Shown: piece by piece, positions 63,815-64,000 of the stretch | Layout of the letters: each line of letters begins with the position of its first letter | Numbering within the stretch: the stretch's first letter is position 1 | Assembly (NCBI GenBank): GCA_965207455.1 | Contig: CBDBMJ010000001.1 | Location: forward strand, 864,001-928,000 | Origin: Bdellovibrionota bacterium | GTDB taxonomy: Bacteria > Bdellovibrionota > UBA1018 > CAIPTA01 > JAALKR01 | Reading direction: 5' to 3' | DNA length: 64,000 nucleotides | Position numbers and translations under genes: made by a program | Notes under the pieces: generated by a model | Database searches by the model: none | What the model was told of the DNA's origin: nothing | The model's input: only the letters and a program-made list of their open reading frames with translations

Positions 63815-64000
63815 ATGTATAAGATTTGCTTTTTTGTCCCCAAGGAACATGCCCAAAGGGTAAAGAACGCAATGTTTGAGGCGGGTGCAGGACGCATAGG
63901 AAACTATGATTGCTGTGCTTGGGAGTGTCTGGGAGAGGGTCAATTTCGCCCCCTAAAAGGCAGTAAGGCCTGGCAGGGAGAAGTCGATGTGGTAGAAAAA
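63815..64000 (+). CDS. Small NIF3/YqfO-like (PII-like) protein, truncated at window edge
   Basis: Manual translation MYKICFFVPKEHAQRVKNAMFEAGAGRIGNYDCCAWECLGEGQFRPLKGS...; AAGGA RBS; not in ORF track. Confidence 0.85.
   Translation, partial: MYKICFFVPKEHAQRVKNAMFEAGAGRIGNYDCCAWECLGEGQFRPLKGSKAWQGEVDVVEK

Noticed and set aside
63716..63943. 75-aa minus-strand ORF
   Set aside because: Antisense to the recognisable NIF3/YqfO-like gene starting at 63815.

Overview
A 64-kb bacterial chromosomal segment. Gene content and the families of the large secreted hypothetical proteins suggest a Bdellovibrionota- or deltaproteobacterium-like organism; this is inference, not proven. AT-rich accessory blocks alternate with housekeeping operons. 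The accessory part has a >3291-aa LktA/FHA-like exoprotein gene running off the left edge (absent from the supplied ORF track), preceded by an orphan OmpR-type regulator and a small membrane protein. It also has a 334-bp internally deleted IS1595-family element with perfect 25-bp inverted repeats beside a second IS1595 remnant, two tandem ~1000-aa paralogous lipoproteins between two M48 peptidase genes, a coupled pair of secreted orphan proteins, and two convergent paralogs encoding a signal peptide, a putative His/Cys (clan CD-like) protease domain and variable 42-aa helical repeats. The housekeeping part has htpX-methyltransferase-rocD-CDF, icd-mdh-sucCD-cysS and sdhCAB, a lytic transglycosylase, ftsH-cdaA-cdaR-glmM-acpS-nnr-tsaE, a split Fe-S locus (Rrf2-iscS-like and iscS-iscA-fdx), nagZ, two DUF547 genes, and pccB-biotin carboxylase-BCCP-methylmalonyl-CoA mutase. 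Three reading-frame lesions (mdh and both repeat-protein paralogs) may be assembly errors. No rRNA, tRNA or CRISPR array was seen.
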